A stretch of DNA of 62,641 bases, counting the filler, from Hausera hauseri (lineage: Eukaryota): NCBI GenBank assembly GCA_046269625.1. It is 11 parts of 11 records of this genome, joined end to end, with 100 filler letters (N's around TTAATTAATTAA, not from the genome) between each part and the next. Parts side by side here need not be neighbours in the genome. Positions count along the whole stretch, not along the records: positions 1 to 4,324 come from JBJURY010634442.1; positions 4,425 to 10,476 come from JBJURY010147645.1; 9 more parts are not named here. The stretch is one strand, 5' to 3'. The notes under the pieces are model-generated. The model was given only the letters and a program-made list of their open reading frames with translations, ran no database searches and was not told the DNA's origin. Position 1 is the first letter of the stretch. Every line of letters starts with the position of its first letter. Positions 1 through 10,476 of this stretch are shown piece by piece. A program made the position numbers and the translations under genes.

Positions 1-2888
1 TCGGCGTTCAATGAGTTAGAAAAGGCAGGAATTATAAGAAGATCAAAGTCAACTTGGATCTCACCTCTACACGCAGTACCCAAGAAGGACGGTACCTACA
101 GGCCCTGTGGCAATTATCGCCTGTTGAACACCATTACGGTAATTGACGCATATCCACTACCGCTCATTAGAGATATCCTACACAAACTCAATGCCAACAC
201 CATATTTTCATCCATCGATCTTCATAAAGCCTACCATCATATTTCTGTCTCACCTGCTGACATACCAAAAACAGCTGTGACAACACCTTTTAGTCATTTT
301 GAGTATGTTTTCATGCCGTTTGGTCTATGTAGTGCCTCTCAAACATTTCAAAGGCATATAGACACAATTCTCGCTGGTTTAAACTTTGCATTTCCTTACA
401 TAGATGACATTCTCATAGCTTCCTCATCCCCTAAACAACATTCTGAGTACTTACACATACTTTTTTAACGTCTCCACCAAAATAATTTAGAAGTAAATTT
501 CGCCAATTGTTTCTTTTTCCAACACAAGATTTATTTCCTTGGTCATGTCATCACCAAATTTGGCCACTCTCCTCAGTAAGACCGCATAACTCAGCTTAAA
601 AACATCCAATTGCCACAAACAACAACTGAAATGCTCTCTTTTCTTGGCACACTACACTTTGTTTACAAATATGTGCCACATTGCTCTGAGTTAACCGCAC
701 CTTTTGCCACTTTATCGTCCGGAAAGAAGAAACAACTAATTCACTGGACTCCCGAACGTGTCAATCAGTTTGACCATTTACGTGAAAGTTTAAAAACTGT
801 GCAAATTCTAGCCTACCCCAAACCTGACGCAGAGCTAATATTAACCGCAGATGCCTCTACCACAGCAGTCGGCGCAATACTGCATCAAATTTCTAATGGC
901 GTCAACTAGCCTTTGGAATTTTATTCTCGGAAACTTACACCACCAGAAAGTCGTTATTCAACTTTCGACAGAAAGCGCTTAGCTATAGTATTAGCTCTAA
1001 AACACTTCTCGCATTTGTTAATTGCCAGGTCTTTCACGATCCAAACTGACCAAAAACCTGTCATTCACATCATGGATATGAAAACTCCTTCATCTCGACA
1101 ACAATGTCACATACTGTACTTGTCGATATTCAATTTTAAAATGGTACATATTTCAGGCACTGACAATTTGGTTGCCGATTTTTAGTCGAGATTAGTTAAT
1201 ATCATTGGAGTCACTCCCATTTTCTCAAAAGCAGTGCTTCAGCAAAATGTACCAGCACAGGAAATTCTTAAGTCTTTTAAATGGCACCAAATCATCGACG
1301 GAATAGCCTATGACACCTCTAAATCCGGTAATCACAAATCAATTTTGTCTCCAACTTTGCAGAAAACTGCATTTCATGAAGTACGTTCTCTCCATCATCC
1401 GGGTGCCAAAGCAACTTTTCGGCTGCTGCAACGTAGCGTTATATGACCTTCGATAAGATCAGACGTACAGGCGTGGGTTAAGGAATGCATGGCATGTCAA
1501 AAATGCAAAACTCACAAGCATCTAAAGCCACCATTATATCACTTCTCCTGTACGTCGCGTTTTGAATCCGTTCATACAGACCTAGTCGACCCTCTTTGCC
1601 CAGACAACGGTCATCAATTCATACTCACCATGATGGACCGTTCTTTTCGATGGCCAGAAGCCGTTCCATTACGTTCCACCAACACAGACACTATCGCTGA
1701 GATCTTCATCAAAACGTGGATCAGCAGATTTGGCTCCCCTCGCTTCATAATCACAGACCGAGGTCCACAATTTAAGTCAAATCTTTTTACGTCCTTGGTC
1801 AATCGTTTGGGAATTAAACACACACACCTCTCCATATCACCCCAAGTGAACGGTTTACTAGAAAGATTCCACCGCACAATGTAAACCTCACTTAAAATCC
1901 TAACTGAATCACACAGCAACTGGACAGCTGTTCTATCTGTTGTCTTGCTTGGCTGGCGAAACACATCCTCCATCACCACGGGTTGTGCACCACGGAAGCA
2001 TTGTTTGGAACACCAATTCGAGCACTTTTTGAGTTAACGGATCTGCACGATACACCAACAGACAAACTGATTCGAAATACCCAAGATCACTTTGTTACAC
2101 TAAAGAAAAAAATAGTAAATTATACCAAATGAAACACATCAAGTGACTTATAAACTTCCAAGTTTGTTTTGCTTCAAAACCCTTCACTTGGTGGTTTTCA
2201 ACTACAATACGTTGGGCCATTCAAACTTTTTTCTTTATCGTCTCACACAGCTACAATTCTCAAAAGCGGCAAAGAACAAACTGTTCACATCACCAATCTA
2301 AAACCTGCCTTTTTCGTAGATGACTCTCCTCATGATACACAAAACAACCCCAATTCCACTGGCACTTTTCTCGATTCTTTTGTTTCTACTCCGTTCCCTG
2401 CTAAATCAACAAATCATCAACCACCACCTGGTCCAATTCCCACTTTTCTTTCTAATGTTTCCACCCCTACTTCCATTTCTCTACCTGTCGCCTGTCACCT
2501 CTCATCTTCTACAACTAACGTTCCATCCACCACTTCACATTCATTACTTTCTGATTCTCTCGTCTCAATTCCTACTGCCCTTCTCTCATCTGCCAACTCT
2601 ACTTAACATTCTCCACTTTCTACTCCTCACTCGTCATTTTCCATTCCGCACTCCTTACCTGCTTCATCCACTTCTTCAATTAATCGTTCGTCACAACTCT
2701 CACTTCCCTCAACCAAAATAATACCAAACAATCAAGCCAGAAATACGACAAAGCTCTCACTCCTACGTACATCTCCGCAAATGAACACACAACAGAAAAA
2801 CAGAACACGCAGAGTTATTTTCAGTAAGTACAGTAGAGAGCAATATATCGACAAAGTACAACGCCTAGTATACACAAAAATCGATTAG
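1..2888 (+). pseudogene. pol: Ty3/Gypsy pol, decayed (RT-RNase H-integrase plus Ser/Thr/Pro-rich tail), family A copy 1
   Basis: RT motifs YPLP, IDLHKAYH, MPFGL, YIDDIL; RNase H TADAS and YSTFDRK; integrase HHPG/CMAC, VHTDLV, ITDRG, LERFHR, YVGPF. Many stops and frameshifts. Confidence 0.95.
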
Positions 2889-2962
2889 AACAAAAAACCT
2901 ATTTCCTTTTGCGATTTTCTGTACATATTTTCGCTCTCTACTTTAGTGCCATTTTATGCCAC

Positions 2963-2990
2963 GGGTGGGGGAGGGGTAATGTGGTGCCGC
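2963..2990 (+). promoter_or_regulatory. Polypurine tract and start of the 3' LTR (TGT at 2980) of Gypsy family A copy 1
   Basis: CCACGGGTGGGGGAGGGGTAA-TGTGG lies just after the pol stop. The related copy has CCACGGGAGAGGGTAT-TGTTG at 56198-56214 on the minus strand. Confidence 0.8.
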
Positions 2991-4324
2991 CGTTGCGGGC
3001 GCCGCCACCACTGACGACAAGCGTTATTTGTAGCCTGATTACGTAATCTAGAAAGTTCTTTTCATTTAGCCGTATCATACTTTTGTATTCTTGCATTAGC
3101 TTAATTTTTTAGTTGCTTATTCATATACGGGTGTAAACTGATGCGCAATATTCGAAATAGGTTCAGCTTCAGTTTTCAAATCAATGAGAAAAAAAATTAA
3201 TTAATCAATTTCACTCAACAAATGAAATATTTTACTTGCTTTAAATTATTTGTCGAATTGCAAAAATTTATGACAAATTTAACCAATGCATTTTCCAATT
3301 GTTCCCGGGTGACGTTATTCCGTAATTTCGCATTTAACAAAAAATAGTTTCAGTAATTTCAGGCTCAGAGTGTAAATAGTAGACAAGTGGGGAAATGCGT
3401 TATAAAACCGATTTACCCGACCTATGATTTTTCTTAAAAAACCTGAATGAAAAATTGTGTTTAAATTCACAATGAATGTCTCTTTTGAGAATTCAAAAAC
3501 GCCATATTTTTTTCTTTACGTTGTTTCCGGCAAATAAATCTTCAGCCACACTTTTGATTTCGTTTTTCCCAGAACCAATTTTTTATACAGTGAAAGTTTT
3601 CTTTGGAATGATACAGATGTTGAGCTTCAAATCCCCCTCGACGATTTATGATGGCAGTATTGGGAAGAATGCGGCCCTTTTCGGGAGTGAGTTAGCTCTT
3701 CCAATAAATCCTGGTACAATAATTTTATTCTCCAAAATTAAACCAGTTAAGGTACCACACAATGCCAACAAAGTAAATAATAATTTGTATCAGAAGAACA
3801 ACAGAAATTTACACCCAGTAGTTGCACATTATTTTAATCAAACTATCAAATGCGTATGAAAATGTTTGCAGTCGCGCAAATTGTTGATAGCATGAAGAAA
3901 GTTATTCCGCATGTTATGATACTAATTTTCCGTACAAATATTTTATTCACATTGAAAAGTGCACTTTACTTTATTTGGTGTAGTTGAGATTAACCGGAAC
4001 TATTTGAAACAATTGTAACAAATACACAATATTTCACACTACTTACAAATTATTCAGTAGTTGTTTAGTCAGAAATGTTTGTGACGAAAGATTAAAAAAT
4101 AAGACTGAATGAAATGACACAAAATATGTTTCGTGACAACTATTTATTTCCAATCCTTTATACTTTGGAAAGAACAGAAGGTATTAAGTACCTGAACAAT
4201 AAAATATACGAAGTACACCCACCGGCGACTGGTGAGGTCATGGAAAACGATCGATGACGTACCAGTTCTGCAACAAACGGAAAACGAAAAGGAAAATATC
4301 AAAAGGCGCAAGACAATTAATCAA

Positions 4325-4424
4325 NNNNNNNNNNNNNNNNNNNNNNNNNNNNNNNNNNNNNNNNNNNNTTAATTAATTAANNNNNNNNNNNNNNNNNNNN
4401 NNNNNNNNNNNNNNNNNNNNNNNN
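4325..4424. other. Artificial contig linker N44-TTAATTAATTAA-N44 (first of 10; others at 10477-10576, 14638-14737, 22766-22865, 28064-28163, 33184-33283, 37543-37642, 41692-41791, 48101-48200, 52535-52634)
   Basis: An identical 100-bp spacer with six-frame stop codons recurs ten times, and the content changes abruptly at each one. Confidence 0.98.
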
Positions 4425-4664
4425 CCGATTGTCTTCCAATATTCCGACTGATTCAATAAAAATAGAATCCAGAAAATCCTGCAATGTATTTTGTCCTGTT
4501 GTAGGTAGTACAAATTTTCGCATCCGACTTTTAAAAGCATCGCCATCAGGATGTTTCTGACTTCTATGTTTAACTGCCCCGATCAAAGCGATACTAGGTC
4601 GCTTTCGGCCTCCTGTTTGTACTACTGCACTAGTTGATAGTTTATTGAAGAATTTCCTAGCCAT
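4425..4664 (-). pseudogene. Possible N-terminal fragment of a Polinton-type pPolB gene, cut by the contig end
   Basis: QTGG...DAFKSRMRKFVL...LQDFLD resembles N-terminal regions of invertebrate Polinton-like polymerases. No catalytic motif is visible. Confidence 0.35.
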
Positions 4665-4805
4665 CTCCAGTGCGTCCTTTTGAATCTGAAAAATTGCCTT
4701 TTTTTTCTTTTGATAGAAAGCAGAGAGGTGGTGTCCATGCTGCTTAAAAAATTTGAATAAGAAACTCCTGAAACAGTTTCACATAAAGGACATATATAAT
4801 AATTA

Positions 4806-5504
4806 TGTTAGTAGTTGAAGGTGGGCCCTATTCAACACCCAACTATAACAATATCGAAACTCAAATTTGAACAATAATTATAAACAGATAAGTTTTAACG
4901 TTCTCGTTAGAATGTTTGTACTAGTTTATGATGCTTGTACTGCGTGCTGTGCCTTGCGTAGTTTAGAAATTCTCGACTTAACTATAACGTTTAATACTAT
5001 TTTAATCCTTAGTGTAGTACAAGTCCCTCGTAAGGAGCGACGAAAAACTATAATTTTGAAAAGAAACTTTAGTAACACAAATAACAATACCGATAATCAA
5101 CAGTGAATAATTTTCACGGTCCAAATTCAAAAAACAATCAAGTCCTTTTCCGTATCAATCGATTCATAAAACGTTTAGAATTCTATGCAGTTATACACTG
5201 TACACTGTTTCATTGCGTTTATATAGTAGATTGCATGCAGGATTAGTAATAGAGATTTCTAATTCTTTCTAATTTTTCTCAGTTTCATATTGATTAATTT
5301 CATTAATTGTAGGCAGAAGTTATTTTCTCGACATTTAGTGTGCGGAATTCTAGCAAGTTTTGTCTTTTTTCTGAATAATCCAAGTAATTAATTGATTTTA
5401 ATTGCAATGGTGTATTGTTTCTCTTTCGGTTTTCGCTTTTAGTTTCACTTTCGTTTTCAATTTACTGTACATATACAATTTGTGATTCTCAGCTCTCTAT
5501 AACA
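4806..5504 (-). repeat. 3' LTR (about 700 bp) of the cargo-carrying Gypsy element
   Basis: On the minus strand it begins TGTTATA right after the PPT and ends CTAACA at 4806 (TGTTA/TAACA terminal inverted repeat). It is non-coding and followed by a TA-rich flank. The end at 4806 is less certain. Confidence 0.65.
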
Positions 5505-5516
5505 TTTTTCCTCCCT
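5505..5516 (-). promoter_or_regulatory. Polypurine tract AGGGAGGAAAAA
   Basis: A 12-nt pure purine run directly abutting TGT on the same strand as the integrase. Confidence 0.8.
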
Positions 5517-5697
5517 GAACGGCACTCTCGAATGTGCCCATGGCGTCAGAAGAGGTGCCACGTAACCGGTTCATTTGTCCACGTAGGTCCACTTCCGAAT
5601 CCGATTCTTTTTCTGGTGATTGCGGGTCAAAGTGGTAGGATGTAGTGGGTTTTTGGGGCAATATCTCCACTACCTTTTTATTTTCTCCATTGGCGTA

Positions 5698-6817
5698 CTA
5701 TCTCAGTCTTGTGGCCTCAACTCTACATACGAGGCAGGTCGTCTTCCAATTTTTCAGGGTTCACGTTTCTAAACAGTACCGGCAGTACTTGTGGGTACAG
5801 TCTTTATTATCCAACACCACGAATCCTTGGTATAGATTGGCATCACAAACAGGGCACTCTTTCTTCTACCCTCTGTCTATGTCTACGAGGTTTTCGTCGA
5901 CTTCTATTCGTTCAAATACTGGTTCCTTTTTATTTTGATATAGGTATCCATATAGTCGTTTTTGTTTTGGGTCTATCGAGCTTTTCTTGGTGTCATCTGA
6001 CACGGTGACTAACGTCCATTCAACGATTTCTTGTTGGTCTAAATCTGGTATATCGGTTTTCTTATATTGCCTTTTTAATTGTATTCGGACTTGGGTATCT
6101 ACCGGAATGGTTAATCTATTGGTACCGTTTTTCGACTGGAATATTGGGGTTAAGTACTTGCCAATAGTTATGTCCTCCCGAGCATATCCATTCCCACTTA
6201 CGATTCTCCTAGGAACAGTAGATACGTAGAATATGGTTTCCTTGATCTTGCCTTTGCTGTAATATTCGGCCATGACGGGCATTCTGGTATATTCCTTTAC
6301 TTGGCCAAATTCTGTGACTGATCGGTTCATCTTCTTCCCAATTCATCCGAAGAACGTTTACTTCTGTCTTACGGAGCTTTGTATCAGCAGTTCTCATCTT
6401 GGTCTCGTCGGAATTTTCGGCTTCCTCCCCTTTGGGGTTCTCCTTAGATCCGTTTGCTTATTCGTTGAGCGTGGGACGGCCAGCACATGGTTTCATTTCT
6501 TCGCCCAGGTTCTTACTGGTTTTACTTCTATTCTTGCTAATGTACTCCAAAAAGGAAGTTTTTGTCTTTTGTCCTCTTGGAACTTCTCTGATATTCGGTT
6601 TCAGACTTTCTGTTGCTCTTTTGGGGACCATTTCCATTTCGTTTCGAGCTTGGCTGGTCGATGGTTTATGTTGGTTGCAGGCCGTTCTAACTGAGCTGTG
6701 GTGAACGGTCACTTGACATCTGTTGTGTCCTTGAGGCTCAACTTGTCTATATATTGGGTATTCGCTAAATCCTTTTCGGAATTTTTGTATTAAAATTCTT
6801 GGATTGTTGTTTGACAT
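5698..6817 (-). pseudogene. Gypsy cargo ORF-C: N-terminal dsRNA-binding-motif-like domain (6602-6805) and C-terminal C3HC4 RING finger (5722-5856); premature stops and one frameshift
   Basis: Frames 6458-6820 and 6209-6397 are in register across one TAA, then shift into 5866-6330. Reading through the TAG at 5866 gives KKECPVCDANLYQGFVVLDNKDCTHKYCRYCLET*TLKNWKTTCLVCR, with all eight RING-HC ligands. The N-terminus NPRILIQ...YPIYRQVEPQGHNRCQVTV...ARNEMEMVPKRATESL (68 aa) fits the dsRBD pattern. Confidence 0.75.
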
Positions 6818-7896
6818 CACATTTTGTGTAGGGTTCCTAGGCTTCCACTCATGTTCCCATCGTAGTGAGGCATAAATATTTTTATAAGCCTCGTTCGTTG
6901 ACTTGCTGACATCAATTTAGGAAATCTGAATCGTTCACCATTTATTGTTTCTAGCATCATTTTGAACTGTGATTTACGTGATGCTGACGGAAGGCGGCAT
7001 CCTCTTTTCCTCATTAAGGTGTTTTCTACTTGGCTTACAACCGCTGGATTTCGACTCAGTTCACGAATTCCGGCTATATACTCTTGTCTAACTCCTAGTC
7101 TTTCTAACATTTCGTGTACTCGAAATCCGGTTACAATGCATCCATATAAGCAATGGCTTATATCTTCCCGGATTTCCAAGAAATCTTTCCCTTTTTCGAA
7201 TTGTACTTTCGTAATTCCGGTGACATCGGGAAAGGTATCTTTCACCCTAGTTCTAGGTGCAATTATTTTTTTTATAAGTTCTTCCTCGTTGGTACTTCGG
7301 ATAGAGACTTTAATTGGTGTATACCATCCGTCATCCTTTTCTCCGTAGTTCACGGCTAATATTCGAGTGTTCCGGCCGTCTGGAACTAGCTTGTAAGATT
7401 CTCCATTCTGTTCTATCTCATTTTCTGAAGGCTTTTGTATGCATAGTAATGGTGGTAGCGGTCTCACTACTTTTGTCCGCCAGGTCATTTCGCACATGAG
7501 TTTGGTTGGAAGTTCTGCGATTCTGAATTCCAAAGCATAGTTCATAAGATTATAGCAACATAATTCATAAGTGCTAAATTTCCCTTGTTGTTTCTTTTGT
7601 GTGCTCCAGGATTGTCCTACGATCCTGTATTGAATTTCTCCATCAGCAACATGTATGTACAATTACTGATGTGTCGGTTTATATGTAATAATATCTTTCA
7701 AGAGGTATGCTCGTGCATGTCTGGGGCGATATAAGCTTCTAGATAGTGGCTTGAGGACTGTTACATGTTGCAGGAAATCGTCGATGTCATGACTGGAGTT
7801 GATTGCTGAATTTTTCGCCTTTTCGGCTATACTTACTCTGCTAAAATAAAAATAAAGGTCAATCCTAAGACAGATCATCGTTTTGAAACAAAACAT
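6817..7896 (-). pseudogene. Gypsy cargo ORF-B, unknown protein (281-aa open segment 6817-7662 plus in-frame upstream segment 7663-7896)
   Basis: Long sense-strand ORF inside the element. It contains YELCCYNLMNYALEF, like the CC motifs of ORF-A, and has a possible frameshifted signal peptide (MFCFKTMIC/LGLTFIFILA). Confidence 0.6.
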
Positions 7897-7935
7897 TTTC
7901 TCTGTCTGATGACAGGATAACCTGATCTGTAATTG

Positions 7936-9249
7936 TCAGGTTATGCTATCATAAAGTCCGTCTCGGTACCCTTTTACCCGTTTATCTCCTTTTCGATTTT
8001 CACCGCGTTTATTACAGTTTTTGGAAACTAGGAAAATCATCCCCGTTAATGTGACAAGAACGAAAATTGACAAACTAAATATAGCTATTATCGGTAAATT
8101 ATTTGGCTCAATAGAACCCTTCGTGGTAAACGCATTTTGAGTACTAAGATCTTTTTACTGCATTACCTCAATTTTGTTGTCGAGTTCGTACTGTGAAAGT
8201 TTTAGGGTTTTTACCTTTCGCGGTGATTCTTATTATATAGTTATACTCCAGTCGTAATGATTTGCATTCGGTTTCCTGACTATTCTTAGGATTATAATTT
8301 GGTGTGCAGGGTGCGACATTCAATTTTGACGTCTTGCTTTAACGTTTCTTCAGCGTAAAATAGAATTTTATTACTGCCAAAATCTTAACTGGTATGCTCC
8401 CTAGTTCTTTTTCAAGGATTTCATCCGAAGTGATGATCGCAGTAGTGAGAGTTGTACTTGGAACAGTGGACGGTTGTATCGTAGTGGTTGGAAACGGAGC
8501 TTCCTTATTCCGATTTTTGGGCGGTATCCTCGTAAGTACTCGGTTCTTTAGGGTAAGTGTTGTACAGATCGAACTGTAACTGGTAGTTGTGTCCTAACTG
8601 TAATCTACAGCACACAGTAAGCCGTCGTCGTGCGATATAACAGTTCTCCGGAATAGGAACCGAGGCGTTCAATGGTATAAATCGGACAGAAATTTGTCTG
8701 TCTCCTGGCACTTCTATTTTGGTCTCAATTTGAATACGTTGGTTTTTTAAGTGTGGAAATTCCAATAATGTTATAATTTAAGAGCCTTTTAAATGGGTCA
8801 GTATTTTGGGTTATCTCATCCGTCTTGGTTCGATTCGTGTCATTTAGTTGATGCATTCTTATTAAGAATTCAGTAATTATATAGGCTTGGGCTCCGGGCT
8901 GATTATAATAGAGCATTTGAAATTTGTATCGGTATGTTCGTCCGAAATCTAAATTACAACATATCCTATGAGCTTTGTACGGAAAATTGCATGTTTTCAT
9001 CGTGGATCTAGTTACGAATATTATTTTAGATTTTACATGACTCTGAATAGGTTCACTTGCTTTAAACCATGCAAATGGTTTGCTCCAATTCATATCGTAT
9101 ATTCTAAGTAACTGTAAGTTTTGGATATCCTTTTGTCTTGCCGCATATTGTAGTTTTTTGGTTTGGGTTATCGACCTTGTCTTTGGTATATACGAAGCGA
9201 TTAACGATAAGGCGGGGACTATTTGTACATACGATATTGGTCTAGTCAC
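7936..9249 (-). pseudogene. Gypsy cargo ORF-A: env-position type I membrane protein (repeated CC-x-L-x-x-G-x-x-Y units, Thr-rich stalk, TM 8026-8091, short cytoplasmic tail)
   Basis: Manual translation across frameshifts gives ICCNLDFGRTYRYKF, VCCRLQLGHNYQLQF, PTTTIQPSTVPSTTLTT, ECKSLRLEYNYIIRIT, then IIAIFSLSIFVLVTLTGMIFLV followed by SKNCNKRGENRKGDKRVKGYRDGLYDSIT*. Confidence 0.65.
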
Positions 9250-10476
9250 TATCGACGACGTTCTTTTCTTTGCTCATATAGTCCAATTTTGCTTTTCCCG
9301 AACGCAGATTATAGCGCTTACTTGGCCTTATTTCCGTTTTGACTACTCTGTGGATTGATATGACTTCTCCTTGCCATTTTTGTTGATATATACTGTGCTT
9401 GGTGTGGTTTTGGTAACTTCATAAGGTTCTCTACCTGTTCTGGTGAGTTTAAGAGATGTGCCCTTCTTTGCTACTGGGTAATGTACATAAACCCAATTTC
9501 CTGGTTCTAGGTTGTGTGGTTTAGCCTTGTCATATTGCCTTTTATATTGTTCTTGGTATCCTCTGGATAATTCCTTGGCTATTTCCCAACACTTGTGTAA
9601 TCTCAATTGTAATACTTCGACAAAATTTTGCTCCAAGTCTTCCGTTTTTGTTGTATATGGAATCAATCCTAAATCTGTAGGTAGTATAGCTTCTCTACCG
9701 TACATCATGAAAAACGGGGTGAAACCTGTTGCAGGATGTGGGGTAGTATTAATGGCAAACTGTGTACCTTCCAAGAAATCGTCCCAATCTTTCTGGTCTT
9801 TCGCGACTACTGTCGATAAGATTCGTATAACTGTCGCGTTCATTTGTTCAACTAGTCCGTTATATTGGGGATGATAAGCTGTTGTGGTTAGTCGCTCAAT
9901 TTCGAAAATTTTAGTAATTTTTTCGAACAGTTCGCTCGTAAAGTTTCTCCCTCGGTCTGTCAAAATTTGTTCAGGCGGTCCATATCTGAAAATAATTTTC
10001 CGGACTACTACTACTGCCAGGGTTTCCGCCTTTTGGTCTACTAATGCTATAAGCTCGACGAAATGAATCAATCGGTCTACACAGGTCAAAATATATTTAT
10101 TGCTTTTGTGAGTCGTAAGTAACGGTCCTACAATATCCATGGACATTGCCTGCATTGGTCTATCAGGCACATTGATGGGTTTAAGTTTGGCCATGTAGTT
10201 TTTCACTTTTCTTTGTTTGGTTGCGCATACTTCACAAGCATTCACCCAATTTCTCACGTCGATGTAAATGCTTGGCCAATAATATTTATATAATATTCTT
10301 TCCAATATCTTCTTCCACGACATGTGTCTGGGTAAGTATGAGTCGCGTTCGGCCATTAGTACTTCCGCACGTAATCCTTTTGGTATGATGACTAACTTTC
10401 GCCCCTTTCGTTCGTAGTATAACACATTTTCGTGATTCAAATCTCCTGCGACGCAGTATTTGTGACCATGTCGTCG
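9242..10476 (-). pseudogene. pol: Ty3/Gypsy integrase (pol 3' end, 5'-truncated by the contig end)
   Basis: Zn-finger remnant (RHMS...CEVC), SMDIVGP, LTDRG, YHPQYNGLVE, GREPY. The tail continues in a shifted frame as VISIHRV...RYNLRSGK...DSD*. Confidence 0.95.

Noticed and set aside
3476-3859. 127-aa ORF after the Gypsy LTR start
   Set aside because: No recognisable motif, and the composition is typical of chance ORFs in AT-rich DNA.
4325-4424. Regularly recurring TTAATTAATTAA palindrome as a biological repeat, or cross-linker gene clusters
   Set aside because: It is always embedded in exactly 44+44 N, so it is an assembly concatenation linker. Neighbouring contigs cannot be treated as linked, and ORFs running into X residues are artefacts.
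5761-5868. Alternative genetic code or programmed readthrough suggested by TGA at a Trp position and TAG before the RING
   Set aside because: PRP8 and the intact Pol read in the standard code, and the same element has frameshifts. Ordinary mutational decay explains the stops.
7663-7800. Receptor tyrosine phosphatase (FN3-like repeats, TM, then DIDDFLQHV resembling the wedge region)
   Set aside because: A stop follows the short cytoplasmic tail and no PTP motifs (KNRY, DYINA, WPD, HCSAG) occur downstream.
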